A stretch of DNA of 64,000 bases from Guillardia theta CCMP2712. Lineage: Eukaryota > Protista > Cryptophyta. Every line of letters starts with the position of its first letter. The first letter of the stretch is position 1. The stretch is from positions 1,035,228 through 1,099,227 of the forward strand of contig NW_005434664.1 of the NCBI RefSeq assembly GCF_000315625.1. The letters are read 5' to 3'. This document shows, in pieces, positions 1 through 12,356 of the stretch. The position numbers and the translations under genes are program-made. The notes under the pieces are model-generated. The model was not told the DNA's origin and did not search any database. It saw only the letters and a list, made by a program, of their open reading frames with translations.

Positions 1-520
1 GACTACTCATCCTCATCCTCATCCTCATCCTTATCTTCCGCTCCCTCCTCCTCGTCCTGTACCCTCCTACCCCTCCCCCCCCCCCCCCGTTTCTCATCCC
101 TGCTCTTCCTCTTCCTCTATTTCCTCTTTGCTCTCCTCCTCCTCATCTTCCTCCTCTGTCCTCCTCCCCATCCCCCCTCTTTGCACGCTCTGACATGATT
201 CCACCTCCTTGACGCACCTTCCTTGACTAGTTCTTACCCACTCTCCCTTCCTCCCTCTCCCCTCTCCCCTCCATTCTTATCCTTCCATGTCCTCTCTCCA
301 CCTTTCCATTCCATTCCCCTTTGCTCTGCTCCTCTGCATTTCTGCTCCTGTGCCCTACCTGCTCTTGCTCCTGGTTTCAAAACCAACTGAATGCTCCTTG
401 ACGAGAACTGTTCATCTCACTTTTCACGAGCAGCCCTCTGCATGTTCTTCCTGTTCCACCATCACGTCGCCATTGGTCCATGTGCGAGAGCCGCACAAAT
501 GCCGAGGCTCCTTCGCTCAG

Positions 521-2418
521 TCAGATCTCCGACTTGCTGGCAGACGGCACGGTTCAAGTCTGGAAGAGATCACTAGCTCCCAAGGAGGCGCTAGCAGGTA
601 CCCTGAGAGATGACCGTGCTGCTGGCTGACCGGACGTGCAAGGAGGAGCGAGGGGGCAGGGCACTCGGTCAAGACGTTCGAGCAGCATGTGGAGCCGGAG
701 GAGATCTTTGTGGTCGGCACGTCGCACATCTCCAGGAAGTCTGCCGAAGATGTCGACCGTGTGATCAGGGCAGTTCGGCCTGACAACGTGGTTGTGGAGC
801 TGTGCAGGAGCCGTGCGGGGATCATGTACGCTGACGGTAGGAGCGGCGACTCAAGGTCGATGGTGCTGACGATGCTGATAGGAGGAGACGTGGAGAAGAG
901 CAACGCGCTGAGTATCTGGGGGAACGACCCGATCAAGGTGAAGAATGTTGAGAGGCGAGGACGTGAACTTCTTCCGTGATTGCTATGAGTTGTCATCATC
1001 ATCTGTGTATGTTGCTGATTGAAATGAATCTCTACATGTCGCTGACCGAAACTTGTTTGTTCCTGCCGTCACCATATATTTGCAAGGCGCTTTCTCGATC
1101 GATCTCTCTCGGTGGGCCTGTGGCTCTGCTGCTGCGAGTTCTGCTTGCACGAAATCCAGGTGAAGAGGAGGAGGAGGAGGAGGAGGAGCAGGAGCAGTAC
1201 TTGATGTATTAGGAGGACAGGGGGGAGCGAGGGAGAAGAGAACGAGGAGGGAGGAAGATAGAAGAAACTGGAGGGGAAGGAGGGGGAGAGGATGATGAAG
1301 AAACACGACTGACGATGCCTCGTGTCAAGTTCTTCAACAGACACTCAAGGAGACAGGGATAGACTTTCGAGCGGCGAGGAAGGCTGCGGAGGACGTCGGA
1401 GCGACGATCGTCCTAGGTCCCCGACAGCCGGGGATGGAACTCCTGCTGACAGTGAGGAACAGGTGATCGACCGATCGAGATCACCATTGAGCGAGCGTTC
1501 AGATCGCTCTCGAAGCAAGAGCTATTCCAGGTTGCTCCCTCCATCCCGCTCCCCTCCTCGCCCTCGCGCTCACCTCCCATAAGCTGGTCAGCCTGCTGGG
1601 CAGCGGTGTGGGTAAACTCGACCCCGAGAGCTCAGAGGCTCTGTCGGACTCAGCGCTCAAGGCGCGTCCTCCTTTCTTACTTGTTGGTCTCCTCTGATAC
1701 TTCCGTAGGACAAGGACATCCTTGAGGGGTTGGAGAAGTCGCTGGCAGAGTCTTATCCCTCCCTGCTGGAACCGCTGATAGTGGAGAGGTGGAGGAGGAG
1801 GAGGAGAGAGGAGAAGCGAGGAGAGGGGAGAGAGGAGGCAGGAGGCAGGAGTAGTCAGAACTAGAGAGGAGAAGAGAGGAGAGGGGAGAGAGAAGGAGAC
1901 AAGAGGAAGAGAGGGAGGGAGAAGGAGGAGGCGAGAGGAGGAGGCAGAAGGAGAAGAGGGAGGGGGAGGAGGATGGCTCAACTGATCAGCGTCTTCAGAG
2001 ACATCTTCCTCAGTCTGACAGCGAAATCCTCCATGGCTGTCAACGGGTGTAAGCGGGTCGTCGCTGTGGTTGGGAAGGTGCGTGAGATCTGAGTGACGTC
2101 AGATGCTGAGGCTGCTCCAGGGGCATGCGAAGGGAGTAATGAGATGCCTGTCTGAGAACCACAACGGAAAGTTCAAGGTGCGAGAAGAGGAGGAGGGGAG
2201 GGACGAGGAGGAGGAGGACGAGAGGAGGAGGAGGAGGAGGGAGAGCCTGAGGTGGAGGTCAGGCATGGTCAATCAGGGTCAGGATCAGGAGGAGGAGGAT
2301 GCTGGTGTTGGTCAAACCTTTTGAGAAGCAGGATAACTAAAGCAGAGGGGATGGGAGAAGAGGCATAGGAAGCACTGGTGGTGGTAGTGGTGGTAGTGGT
2401 GGTAGTGGTGGTGCCGCC

Positions 2419-2474
<56 letters not shown>

Positions 2475-2731
2475 GGAGGAGGAGGAGGAGGAGGAGGAGG
2501 AGGAGGAGAATGATATCTATGTAGACCCTGACATGGACTCCGACTCGAGCTGCTCTCAAAGACAAGGTATTGTTGCTCTCGTTGCAAATTTAGCCCTCAC
2601 GTGTTGAAACTCTCAAGGTGTTTGGAGTAGTTCCAAGGGTGATTGTGAATCGTCTCGTCGTAGACACGATTGTCTTTGTCCTTCTCTTTTACACCCTCAA
2701 GCTCGTTTTCCCCTCTATCAACATGTTTTGA
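521..2731 (+). CDS. TraB/PrgY-family protein (plant/algal type), multi-exon; 5' end not resolved
   Basis: Exons encode QISDLLADGTVQVWKR, VEPEEIFVVGTSHISRKSAEDVDRVIRAVRPDNVVVELCRSRAGIMY, GIDFRAARKAAEDVGATIVLG-DRPIEITIER, YPSLLEPLIVER-DIFLSL, VVAVVGK-GHAKGV (TraB motifs). Hydrophobic C-terminus VVDTIVFVLLFYTLKLVFPSINMF* ends at TGA 2729-2731. Confidence 0.85.
2419..2508. repeat. (GAT)n + (GAG)n intronic microsatellite
   Basis: Direct reading; lies within a TraB intron. Confidence 0.95.
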
Positions 2732-2737
2732 TTACTT

Positions 2738-4653
2738 TCACTTCGACTTTAGCATCACATTCTGATTGAAGATGCGAAAATGCTTCTCCCTCTGCCGCTC
2801 CTCCATCCTGTGAGCAAGGAGGTTCGGGGTAGATTGCCTGCAGTGCAGCGGTGAGAACCAACGCCCTCCTCCTCCTTCCCTCACCCTTGCGACTGCCAGC
2901 TCTTCTTCACGAGGTGCTCCTGCAGGATCTGGCTCTGAATGTCGCTGCTGGCGAGATTGTGCCCCACGTACGCCTTGCGTCTCCTGCCAGCATGTTGAGC
3001 ATGCCTTGCCCAGCTGCTCTCCTTGCTCCTCACCTCGACCGCACGTACTGCCGCGAGATGTCGTCGGTCTCCTCCATCGCCAGGTACACGGAGAGATTCT
3101 TTATGGACTGCTGCCTGTGAAAGGCGTCGGGGGAAGATCAGGACAGGAGGGCAGGCAAAGTGCAGAGATGAAGGAGAAGGGAAATTGGAGAGAGGGAGGA
3201 GGGAGGAGGGAGAGAGGGAGAGAGGGAGAGAGGGAGAGAGGGAGAGAGGGAGAGAGGGAGAGAGGGAGAGAGGGAGAGAGGGAGAGAGAGGGAGAGAGGG
3301 AGAGGAGGGAAAGGGAGGGAGGGAGGAGGGAGGAGGGAGGAGGGAGGAGGGAGGAGGGAGGAGGGAGGAGGTAGTTATGAGACAATCGTGCTGGTACCTC
3401 ATCTCGTTGATCTTATCAAGAGCTCGTCCTAGTGTGCTCAACTGCACGTTACTTGCCAGCTCCTCCGCCTGCTCAAGACAAGTCTTCGCCTGTTCCAGCG
3501 TGTCTGCTGCACTGTCTCTGTTTCCCTTGGTCCAGTCTTGCAGCGCCACCTTCGCCATGTTCTCAACATTCTTGTATGAGTTCTCGGACCGGATGAAACG
3601 CTCCCAGTCGTCCAAACACAAGCGAGCAAGCCGCCGAAAGTTTGTATGCGCATGTTTCTCGTGCATGGAGAAGAGGTCAAGGTCCTGAACTCTCTTGCCA
3701 ATCTTCTCCAGCTCTGCCTGACTCTCTTCCTGATCCAGCAGCTCGTCTATCTCCTGCCATCGAAGCAGCGAGAGAGAGGTATCCTCTTCGCGCTCTTTCC
3801 TCTTTTCCTCCCTCTCTGCAACCCGGCGTCTCTGGCTTTGAATGAACCTGACGATCTTTGTTGCTGCCTCTTCTCTCTCTTGCTCATTCGTCAGTCTCGA
3901 TGGCTCTGAGTCTGACTTGTGCGCTGATGAGTTTGACGATATCCTCGAAATTCGCTCCACCCCCTCGCTCGTGTCAGTCTGCTCACTTCGTCTCCTGTTC
4001 ATGCTTTCTTTCAGCCGCAGTTGAGATCTAGTCCTCCCGATCGCATGCACGTGTCCGACCATGGTCGTCTTGCTCTTCAAATCATCCTCCATGGGCCTCG
4101 CATTCTCGCCTTTACTCCTCTCCTTTCGATTGAGGCGTATCTGTCGCCTCTCCTGCTTTCTCTCTCCTCCAACCGTCTGATTGAACGTCGGGTTGTACGT
4201 TAGCGACCATCTCTCTGTACATCTAATCCGCTTTAACATGCTCTTCCTTGAGCATTCAGCTCGCAGCTCAAAACTTCGCGTGCATCGATTCTGCTGATCC
4301 TGCTGCTTGCCTGACAGTTTCAAACAGCTGAATGTATCCGGAGAGCATCTGAGTTTCCACTCTCCCGATCGACCATGACAGTCATCCTCCAGCAGAGATC
4401 TTTCAGACAGGAAGGAGTTTCTCCTCTGCCCGCTGCTCTCTCCCCTCATCATCTCCTCCCATCGATGGTCCCTCCTCCGCTCTCTCAAACTTTCCTTCTC
4501 GCTCGCACTCAGGAGGTCTCGATCACGAGACAGCAGGAGGACCGCATCTCCGTTCCACTGCAGAGGCTCGCTCTCCTCCTGGCGAGGAGCTGAAGCGAAG
4601 GTTCGCAGCCACCATTGCCGCAGTAGCCGCCGCTTCTTGTCCTCTCCCGCCAT
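2738..4653 (-). CDS. Hypothetical charged/helical protein with an IQ-like segment, multi-exon
   Basis: Long exon within ORF 2881..4683 (ATG at 4653). Contains AATKIVRFIQSQRRR and helical E/K/R-rich stretches. 3' exons follow a (GGAGAGAG)n intron. 3' end approximate. Confidence 0.6.
3190..3371. repeat. (GGAGAGAG)n and (GGAGGAG)n purine-rich intronic repeat
   Basis: Direct reading. Confidence 0.95.
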
Positions 4654-4689
4654 GCTCCCTGCGCTATCCGTTGCTGCCAGCAAACCGGA

Positions 4690-5950
4690 GCGAAAGGGCA
4701 GCGATGTCGAAATACAAGCAGGACCGCTGCCGCGTATGCCGGCCCGGGCCGCGCCTGAGTGACAATGACGAGTACGCCGCCGCTCAGCCGTTCACTGGGG
4801 CGCCGCCGCCGGCCCGGCCCGGCGCCGCCGGGTCCCCTAACACTAACTCAGGTTCAACAAGTGTCAGCCGTCGCCCCGGGCCGCCGGGCGGCCCCGGCCC
4901 CCCCGGGCCCCCGGCCGGGCCGCTGGGCCACGGGCCGCGGTCAGGCCCTCCGAGCCTGCCAGAGTTCCGAGGAGCCGGGAAGCCTTCCGAACTTCGGCGA
5001 AGTTACCCGCTCGGCGGACTCCGGCGGACTCCGTACTCGGCGACTCGGGCCGCCCGGCGGCCCGGCGGCCACTGCACGGCGCCACTGACCGTGAGTGGCG
5101 GCTGAGTGTGCCAGCCAGTGTGGCACACCGTCACAGGCCTGCCCCTGCTGAGCCCGGGGCTCACTGAGTACGGTACCGTACGGTCAGCGCGGCCTTCAGT
5201 GCAGTGCCCAATACCGCACTGTGAGTAGGGCCGCCGGGCTCACTGCCGTGAGGCGGCCGCCCGGCCCGGGGCCCCGGCGTCGGAGGGGGCCGGGGGGCGG
5301 CCGCCCGGCCCGGCTTCAAGTTCTCAGTGGCACCCGGTCACGCCGCGGCCCCCGGCCCCGCTGGTCGGAAGTTCAAAATCAGTACCCGGCGTACGGTACT
5401 ACGACTGAGGCAGGTCCGGTCGGACCGGACCGTCCGCCGCGCCGCCGTGCCGCCGGGGCCGCACGGTGCCCGGCAGTGCAGTGCCGCGTGTGCCGCCGTG
5501 ACCCGGGGGCCCGGTGACCCGGTACGCCGTTGGGTGACTTCAGCCTCGGAGTCGACCGTGCGAGTCGGCCGGGCCGGTCATGGCTTGTGTCCGATTTACT
5601 CCGAAAGTTAAGTTAAAAATCAGTACGAGGACAATCAGGAGAGTCGAGGAGGCTTGACCCTGTCGCACAGGCCAAACGGCGAGAAGAGAAAAGACAGCGA
5701 GAACCAAACCTAATCCTGCCAACTGCTGTCACCGAGTCCCCCAAACTTAACTGATACCTTCATTTAACGGCGCGCAGGACAAGGCCCCCTTGTGTCATGC
5801 GGCGTACGGTCATCATGAGCTGTAAAAGTTAACTGAAGCCGCCACGTGCCGCCACGCAGTGCCAGCCTGAAGTTAACTTGGACCTGCCCGACTCCCGAGG
5901 GCAGACAAGATATCTGTAAGCCTCCGACTTTCCGACTGAAACCAATTATA
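4690..5950. other. GC-rich intergenic island built from short palindromes
   Basis: Very high GC. Recurrent CCGGGCCCGG, GTACGGTACCGTAC, CTCACTGAG, GACTCCGGCGGACTC, AAGTTAACTT motifs. ORFs here are P/R/G/A-rich artefacts. Confidence 0.8.
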
Positions 5951-6446
5951 ATCATGGGTCACTGACCGTGGACTAGAAGTGTACCGTAATAAGTCATGAT
6001 AACTGAGCGGCGTCTCGTGATCATCTCTGTAGGCAGTAGGCTGACCAACACGTCTGACTGTCAGCAGTGCCGCCATGGCTCGTAGCGCCTCCTCGGTTTA
6101 CACCTGACCATCAGTGCCGACCTTCCAGATGCTTCTGCGACTGAGATAATGATTTGAGATTGAAGGTGGTGCGATCACTGCATCGCTTGCGAACCGAAAA
6201 GAGTTCTTTTCGGAGACGGAGACCGGAGATCGGAAGAGTTACGGCTCATGATGAAGCTTGTATGCTGCTTGTATGGGGCATGGCCACCCCATCGCAAGCG
6301 ACCCTCTTCCAAAGCCACCATTTCACCTCCTCTTCTCGTCGCCATCCTCCTCCTTTCTCCTCGGGCCCTTCCATTCCACTCTCCTCACTCTCCTCAGATC
6401 ATTTGACCATCTTAGATTATTCCCAACCTGACTAGTTCTCACATCT

Positions 6447-6860
6447 ATGGTTGGAATCAAGAACATGCCGAAGGCTCAAGATCCCTCTGGCCTCCAAGCC
6501 TTCCTCTCCTTCTATGGCTCCTGCCCCTCCGTCTCCCCCGTCTCCAGCCCTTCCAACCTCATCTCCGACTTCACTGCTCTGCAGCAAGCTTTCCCGGACA
6601 CATCGTTCGTGGAAGACTGGGAGGAGCTGGAGGCAGCTGCGTTTGCAGACAAATACTTCCCATGGGACACGATTGCGCGCTGTACTCAACACTCAAATAT
6701 GATCGATCTGAGAAAGAAAGAAACTGAATTCCGCATCACACAATAATGCACAGTCTGGTTTTGGCAATTCAACACTCTGCATTCTATGTGATGTACCACC
6801 GTTCTGCGACTTGTGACAGCACATGCATGGTGTTGCTCAAGATGTAAATTTGTGAATACT
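6447..6860 (+). pseudogene. FLxFYG-family copy A, probably decayed, with RanBP2-like zinc-finger remnants downstream
   Basis: ORF 6447..6746 (PKAQDPSGLQAFLSFYGSCPSVSPVSSPSNLISDFTAL). After the stop, broken frames read CTV/GFGNSTLCILCDVP and HAWCCSRCKFVN. Confidence 0.45.
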
Positions 6861-7850
6861 TTCCAACGGGAACTGAACTTTTCTGAGGTTATTAATTTTG
6901 AACAACATATTCTTTTAGCAAAAATAATTTATTGAAACGAGAAATTGCCTGTTTGCTTTTGTTTTAGTAGTTTGCTTTCCAAACATAATCTCAACTACAA
7001 ACTTCCACGTTCCTGATGATGCAATGTTTGAAAACACTGTGAAACTGCCCTTTCGTTGTCGAAGTTGTGCACAAGCTCGCTCAAGGCTTCTCATGCTTGG
7101 ACAGTACTTGCCCCCGTCAGGTTGGATCGGCCAGTCCAGTCAAACCTGACGCATTCATGATAATCATTCATGGGCGCTCGCTCCATTAAAATCGCCGTAA
7201 ATTCCAAACATGAGTAACGAGTAAAGAACGGGGCTATAGCTAGTGGTGGTTTAGTTCAGTCTCAGATGACTAATCTCTCTAACATCGATCGATTCGCGAT
7301 ATCGTTTTAAAAAGAAGATGGGGTCTATTGAAGCGACGCGACCGAAAGGTCCACCCTACCCCCCTTAAAACTCTCTGATTTGCCCTGGTAACCACCCCAT
7401 ACCAGTAATGGTTTTATTCCCCAAGTGAGGTAGCACATTCGATGAGTATTGACGGTCAAATTGACAATGATCCTCATAAATTTGAAAGTTGACAGAAGCC
7501 ATTTTAAGATGTTTGGCCTTGTCGAAATCTCAGCGACCCGTCGCATCGGTTTGAACGAGACGTTGTGATCTCAAGATTCCGATTTTTCGTCAGCAGAACG
7601 TCATCCAACTCCCAGTTTATATCGCCCCTCTGCCTCCCTCGATTCAACACGTCTCTCCCCATCCTTCTCGTCCCCCTCGCCCTCGGTCCACGTTCCCTTC
7701 AGCTTCATCTTCCCTTTCCTGCTTCTTGTCTCTTAGCTTTCCCTGCATCATCGAAACCTCGCGCGGTCACCTTACCTCGACACCCTGTAGTCCTCGGTAC
7801 CAGAGTGTACCTCCGCTCGTACCGCTCGAGACTCTGAATCTTATCTTCGA

Positions 7851-8190
7851 ATGTGCATCGGGATAGGGATGATGCCAAAGGCTCAAGATCCCTCTTGCCT
7901 CCAAGCCTTCCTCTCCTTCTATGGCTCCTGCCCCTCCGTCTCCCCCGTCTCCAGCCCTTCCAACCTCATCTCCGACTTCACTGCTCTGCAGCAAGCTCTC
8001 CCGGAGACATCGTTCGTGGAAGACTGGGAGAAGCTGGAGGCAGCTGCGTTTGCAGACAAATATCTCATGATGCACTAGCAGTCTGCACACAAACAGCAAA
8101 TAAGATGGAACGATTTTCGCAACACAGTCAAATCACACACGTACAGCAAAACGGATGGAGCAATTTTCGAAACATAGACCAATCAACATG
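7851..8190 (+). pseudogene. FLxFYG-family copy B, frameshifted paralog of copy A
   Basis: 7872-8062 is near-identical in DNA to 6465-6655. Similarity continues after a frameshift (SHDALAVCTQTANKM vs PWDTIARCTQHSNM). Confidence 0.5.
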
Positions 8191-8689
8191 ATGCCATGAC
8201 AATTGGTCTGGTCATGATACAGACAGGGAACACGCATGGAACAAGAAAGGGCCGCGAGATGTGTGCTAATTCCAATCATAGATGACACTCTATTCCACAA
8301 AGAACCTCCGTGTACATTTGTACCTGTAATATATGTAACATAAACATCATTGCAATAAAGTACTGGCTTAGCTACTACGGTCTGGGAGTAAACCCTGTAC
8401 AGCACCTGTCACTGTGATTCAGACTGAGTAAGGACAATGAAGACTGGAGAGCGTAAGAAGACTCGGGACACAAAGGAACACAAATCAGTCTTGAATACAG
8501 AATGTAGAAACACAATGTGACAGGAAGCCCTGCCGAAGGACAACGTGATCGGAACGGTCACATTGAACATAGAGACTCAGTTCAGTATGGTCGGCACTAC
8601 AGCACGGTATTGAGATGTATGAAAGTTGAGAGTCCAAGCAGTGATTATCCGACTCGATGATGAACCGGATCGACGCCGTCCGACGTTCA

Positions 8690-9200
8690 TCCGGGGCCGA
8701 CTCAAACCCACTTGGAATCGGAAAGTTGGAAGGCTTGCATCGGACCGTGCCGCCGCTGGGCCGGGCAGTCACAGTGTCGGATTGTCCGGCGAGTCCGATC
8801 GCCGCCGACGGACTCTCAGTCGGACGCCGCCGTCGCCGGGTCACGCCGGCGCCGGGGGAGCCTTACGGCGACGGTCAGTACCGTACCGTACCGTGACGGT
8901 CCGCGCCGGCCCGCACGCGGCAAGGGCCGCGCGCGGCCGCTCCGACCCGGCGGCCGTCCGCCGTCCGCCGAAGTCACAGAGTCACACGTTCAGACTCGGC
9001 GGTCGGCGTTACCGTCTCCGAACCGTAGCAGACTCTCCGAGTCACGTTGGCACCGTGGTGGCACCGGCCGCAGCGAGTAGCAGCCACGGTGACAGCTTCC
9101 GGAGCCGCCCTGACCCTCAGCGGCGGCGGCGGGCCCGGCCTGCCGCTGCCGTGGCGGGCGGCCGCCCGGCGGCCCGGCTGAGGGCGGCGGCCCGCTGGCG
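8690..9200. other. GC-rich palindromic island immediately upstream of NME7
   Basis: Same motif vocabulary as 4690-5950 (CCGTACCGTACCGT, GACTCTCCGAGTC, GTCACAGAGTCAC). Confidence 0.75.
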
Positions 9201-9242
9201 CATAGTGGGGACGAGGGGCTCTGCTGTTTCAGTTGGCGCGGG

Positions 9243-10580
9243 ATGCCGGCAGACGGGCGATACGCGTTCCTGGTGGAATGGCTGGACCCGCAGGTAAGGG
9301 AGGGATGTGAGGAGGAGGGAGAGGAGGAGGGAGAGGAGGAGGGAGAAGAAAAGAGAGGAGGGTGAGGGTGGAGAAGGGAGAGGATGGAGGAGAGGACGAA
9401 GGGGGGGAAAGAAGAGGATGAGGGAAGAGAGGATGGAGGCGAGTGAGAGCGCGATGAACGAGGAGAAGAAGGGGGCAAGGGATGGAAGAAGATGTCTCTG
9501 TTCAAGAGGGGAGATCGACTGCTTACCTGCCCTGATCGCTGTGGCTGGATGTTTACGGTCAACTACTTTTCTTTAGGCGCAGCTTTTACGGCAATACATG
9601 TTGTTCTATTACACTGTGGACCGCACGATCGAGATGGTGAGTCTGAACCCCTGGAAGCTGTCCCGTCCTCGTTGACTGACGTGTTCTTGTCACCAGGATG
9701 ACGTGAAGAATCGGAGGAAGTTTTTAAGGCGATGTGAATTCCCGACCATCACCTTTGAGGACCTCTATGTTGGCGGGACTGTCAGCGTCTACTCGCGGGA
9801 GTTGAACATAGTCGACTATGGCGACGAGTTCACGAAGAGCGCCATAGAGAAGAAGAGCGAGAGGACGCTGGGGCTCATCAAGCCTGACGCCTTCCTCAAG
9901 GTTGGCAAGATCGTCGACGCTATCTACAAGGACGGCTTTCGTGTCGCGCAGCTCCGCACGCTTCAGCTGACGAGGCGGGATGCCATGGAGTTCTACGCGG
10001 AGCACGAGGGGAAGCCCTTCTACCCGGCGCTGACTGAGTTTATGTCCTCCGGCCCCATCGTCGCGATGGAGCTGGTGGCGGATGGGGCCATCCAGAAGTG
10101 GCGGAAGCTCATCGGACCCACCAACACCTTCACGGCTCAGAAGGAAGCCCCGAGTTCTCTCCGAGCTCTCTTCGGGACTGACGGGACGCGCAATGCCTGC
10201 CATGGATCAGACTCGACGGCGTCTGCTGATCGAGAGCTGGGGTTTTTCTTCGGCTCTCCCTCCCGATTCCCTTCCACTGCTCGCTTCAACAACTGCACTC
10301 TGGCTGTGATCAAGCCTCATGCCGTCAAGAACGGGCACGCAGGAGCCATTCTGGATGGGATCATAGAGGACGGGTTGGCGACGATGACCGTTGCTCCTCA
10401 TCCTGACGATGCGGCAGGTTTGAAATCTCTGCGCTGCAGCTCTTCAATATGACGCGAACTAATGCGTCCGAGTTCCTGGAGGTGAAATTGATTCCTCCTC
10501 CTCCTCCTCCTCCTCCTTTTCCTCCTCCTCCTCCTGCTCCTCCTCCTGCTCCTCCTCCTGCTCCTCCTGCTCCTCCTGCT

Positions 10581-10614
<34 letters not shown>

Positions 10615-11329
10615 AATCCTCCTNNNNNNNNNNNNNNNNNNNNNNNNNNNNNNNNNNNNNNNNNNNNNNNNNNNNNNNNNNNNNNNNNNNNNNNNNNNNN
10701 NNNNNNNNNNNNNNNNNNNNNNNCCCTTCAATTTTTCCCCTTCATCCCTTACTCCCTTTCCTCCTCCTACACTTATATTCTCCCCCCCCCCCCCCCGGCC
10801 CCTTTTCTCTCGTCGCACTGAACAGTCGTGCAGGTCTACAAGGGCGTTCTCCCCGAGTACAGCAAGCTTGCCGAGGAGCTGAGTAACGGCCCTTGCTTTG
10901 CTCTCGAGGTCCCCGGCAAGAGTCCAGCTCTTCCCCTCCTCACTTGCTGAGCCGCAGGTTCGCTCCGAGAACGCCGTCCAGGCCCTCCGCGAACTCATCG
11001 GCCCTCATGACCCAGAGCTCGCCCGTGTCCTCCGTCCAACAACCTTGCGAGCTCAGGTGGGACAACCCCTGGCTCCTCCTCTACCCACGCGTTCTCTTCC
11101 TTCTCCGCCCTCACTCCCTCCATCTCCATTCTCATTTTCCCTCGCTCCCTTGTTTCCTCACTCCATTCCTTCCAACTCCTCCTCTCCTCCCTCCCCTAGT
11201 TCTGGATCACTTCTGACCAGCTGGCAGTTCGGAGTGGACAAAGTCATGAACGCTATCCATTGCACAGACCTGCCCGAGGACGGCCAGTTGGAAGTGGAAT
11301 ACTTCTTCCGGATTTTACAGAACAACTGA
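9243..11329 (+). CDS. NME7: Nucleoside diphosphate kinase 7 (DM10 domain + two NDK domains), multi-exon
   Basis: MPADGRYAFLVEWLDPQ|..., FEDLYVGGTVSVYSRELNIVDYGDEFT (DM10), TLGLIKPDA...RNACHGSDS (NDK1), CTLAVIKPHAV...MNAIHCTDLPEDGQLEVEYFF (NDK2). Confidence 0.95.
10624..10723. other. Assembly gap (100 N) inside an NME7 intron, next to (CCT)n/(CCTGCT)n repeats
   Basis: Run of n characters. Confidence 1.
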
Positions 11330-11464
11330 AACTCACACTGACAAGGACGATCGGGCTCGGCATGTTGTTGGATACTTGTGTAAATTCTTCTCTGTTGCCT
11401 CCCCGACAGTCTCTCCTGCTCATTGGCTGCTCTCTTGACCCGTCACTACATCACATCCTTGGGG

Positions 11465-12316
11465 TTAGAAGAGGTTGGGCTGGCCCGTGCAGCGGATCAT
11501 GCGGTTGTATGCGCGACTCTTGGTGTCAACGCGGACCTTGTTGGAAGGGTCGCACATCTCCTCGATGGGGATGTAGACGTACCTGCAGCAGCGCTCACAC
11601 CCCAATTCTCTCCCCCCTACCTTCGTCCTGCCTCCTGCCTCCTGCCTCCTGCCTCTTCTTCTATCTCTTTGAACCCTTCCTCCTGCCTCCTGCCTCCTGC
11701 CTCCTGCCTCCTGCCTCCTCTTCTATCTCTTTGAACCCTTCCTCCTGCCTCCTGTATTCCTTCCTCCTCCCTCGTCTCCTCTCCTCCCACGCCCCCTCCC
11801 CTGCTCATCGGCTGCCTCATCTCCTTTTTCTTCTCCCTCACCTGTGATTCACTTGCCCACAGCTGAAGCCGGTGAAACCCGCCATGGCACCATGCACAAC
11901 GGTGCTTCCGAGGGTCGAGCAGTAGACGCTGGAGGCGAGTGAGGAGGAGAGCAGCGACGGAATGCACGCGTACCTGTCTGATGGGTTGGCGGCAACGGAT
12001 CTGATCTGGTAGGAGGGGTCCAGGTATCGGATCTCAGCAGGGAAATCTTTGGCTGGAGAAGAAGATGAGGAGGAAGAGGAGGAGGAAGAGGCTTATGGGG
12101 AACCTTTGAACCAATTCTTCATCTCGTCCTGCTCACTCTGTAAGATTTCGGAGATGGAGGGGCAGGCATGACTGACCCTCAAGTACGTCCCGATGTCCGG
12201 CAGCCGCTTGTTACCTGATGTTAAGTCAGTGAGGCCGACGAGATGGTAGAGGCAGGGAAGCAGACAGAGATGTGGAGGAGGGCATGATGATGATGATGTT
12301 GATGATGATGATGACA

Positions 12317-12356
<40 letters not shown>

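Noticed and set aside
4671-5611. Pro/Arg/Gly/Ala-rich ORFs in GC islands (also 8626-9297, 35132-36034, 58976-59714)
   Set aside because: Stop-codon scarcity at very high GC; overlapping ORFs in several frames with no recognisable motifs.
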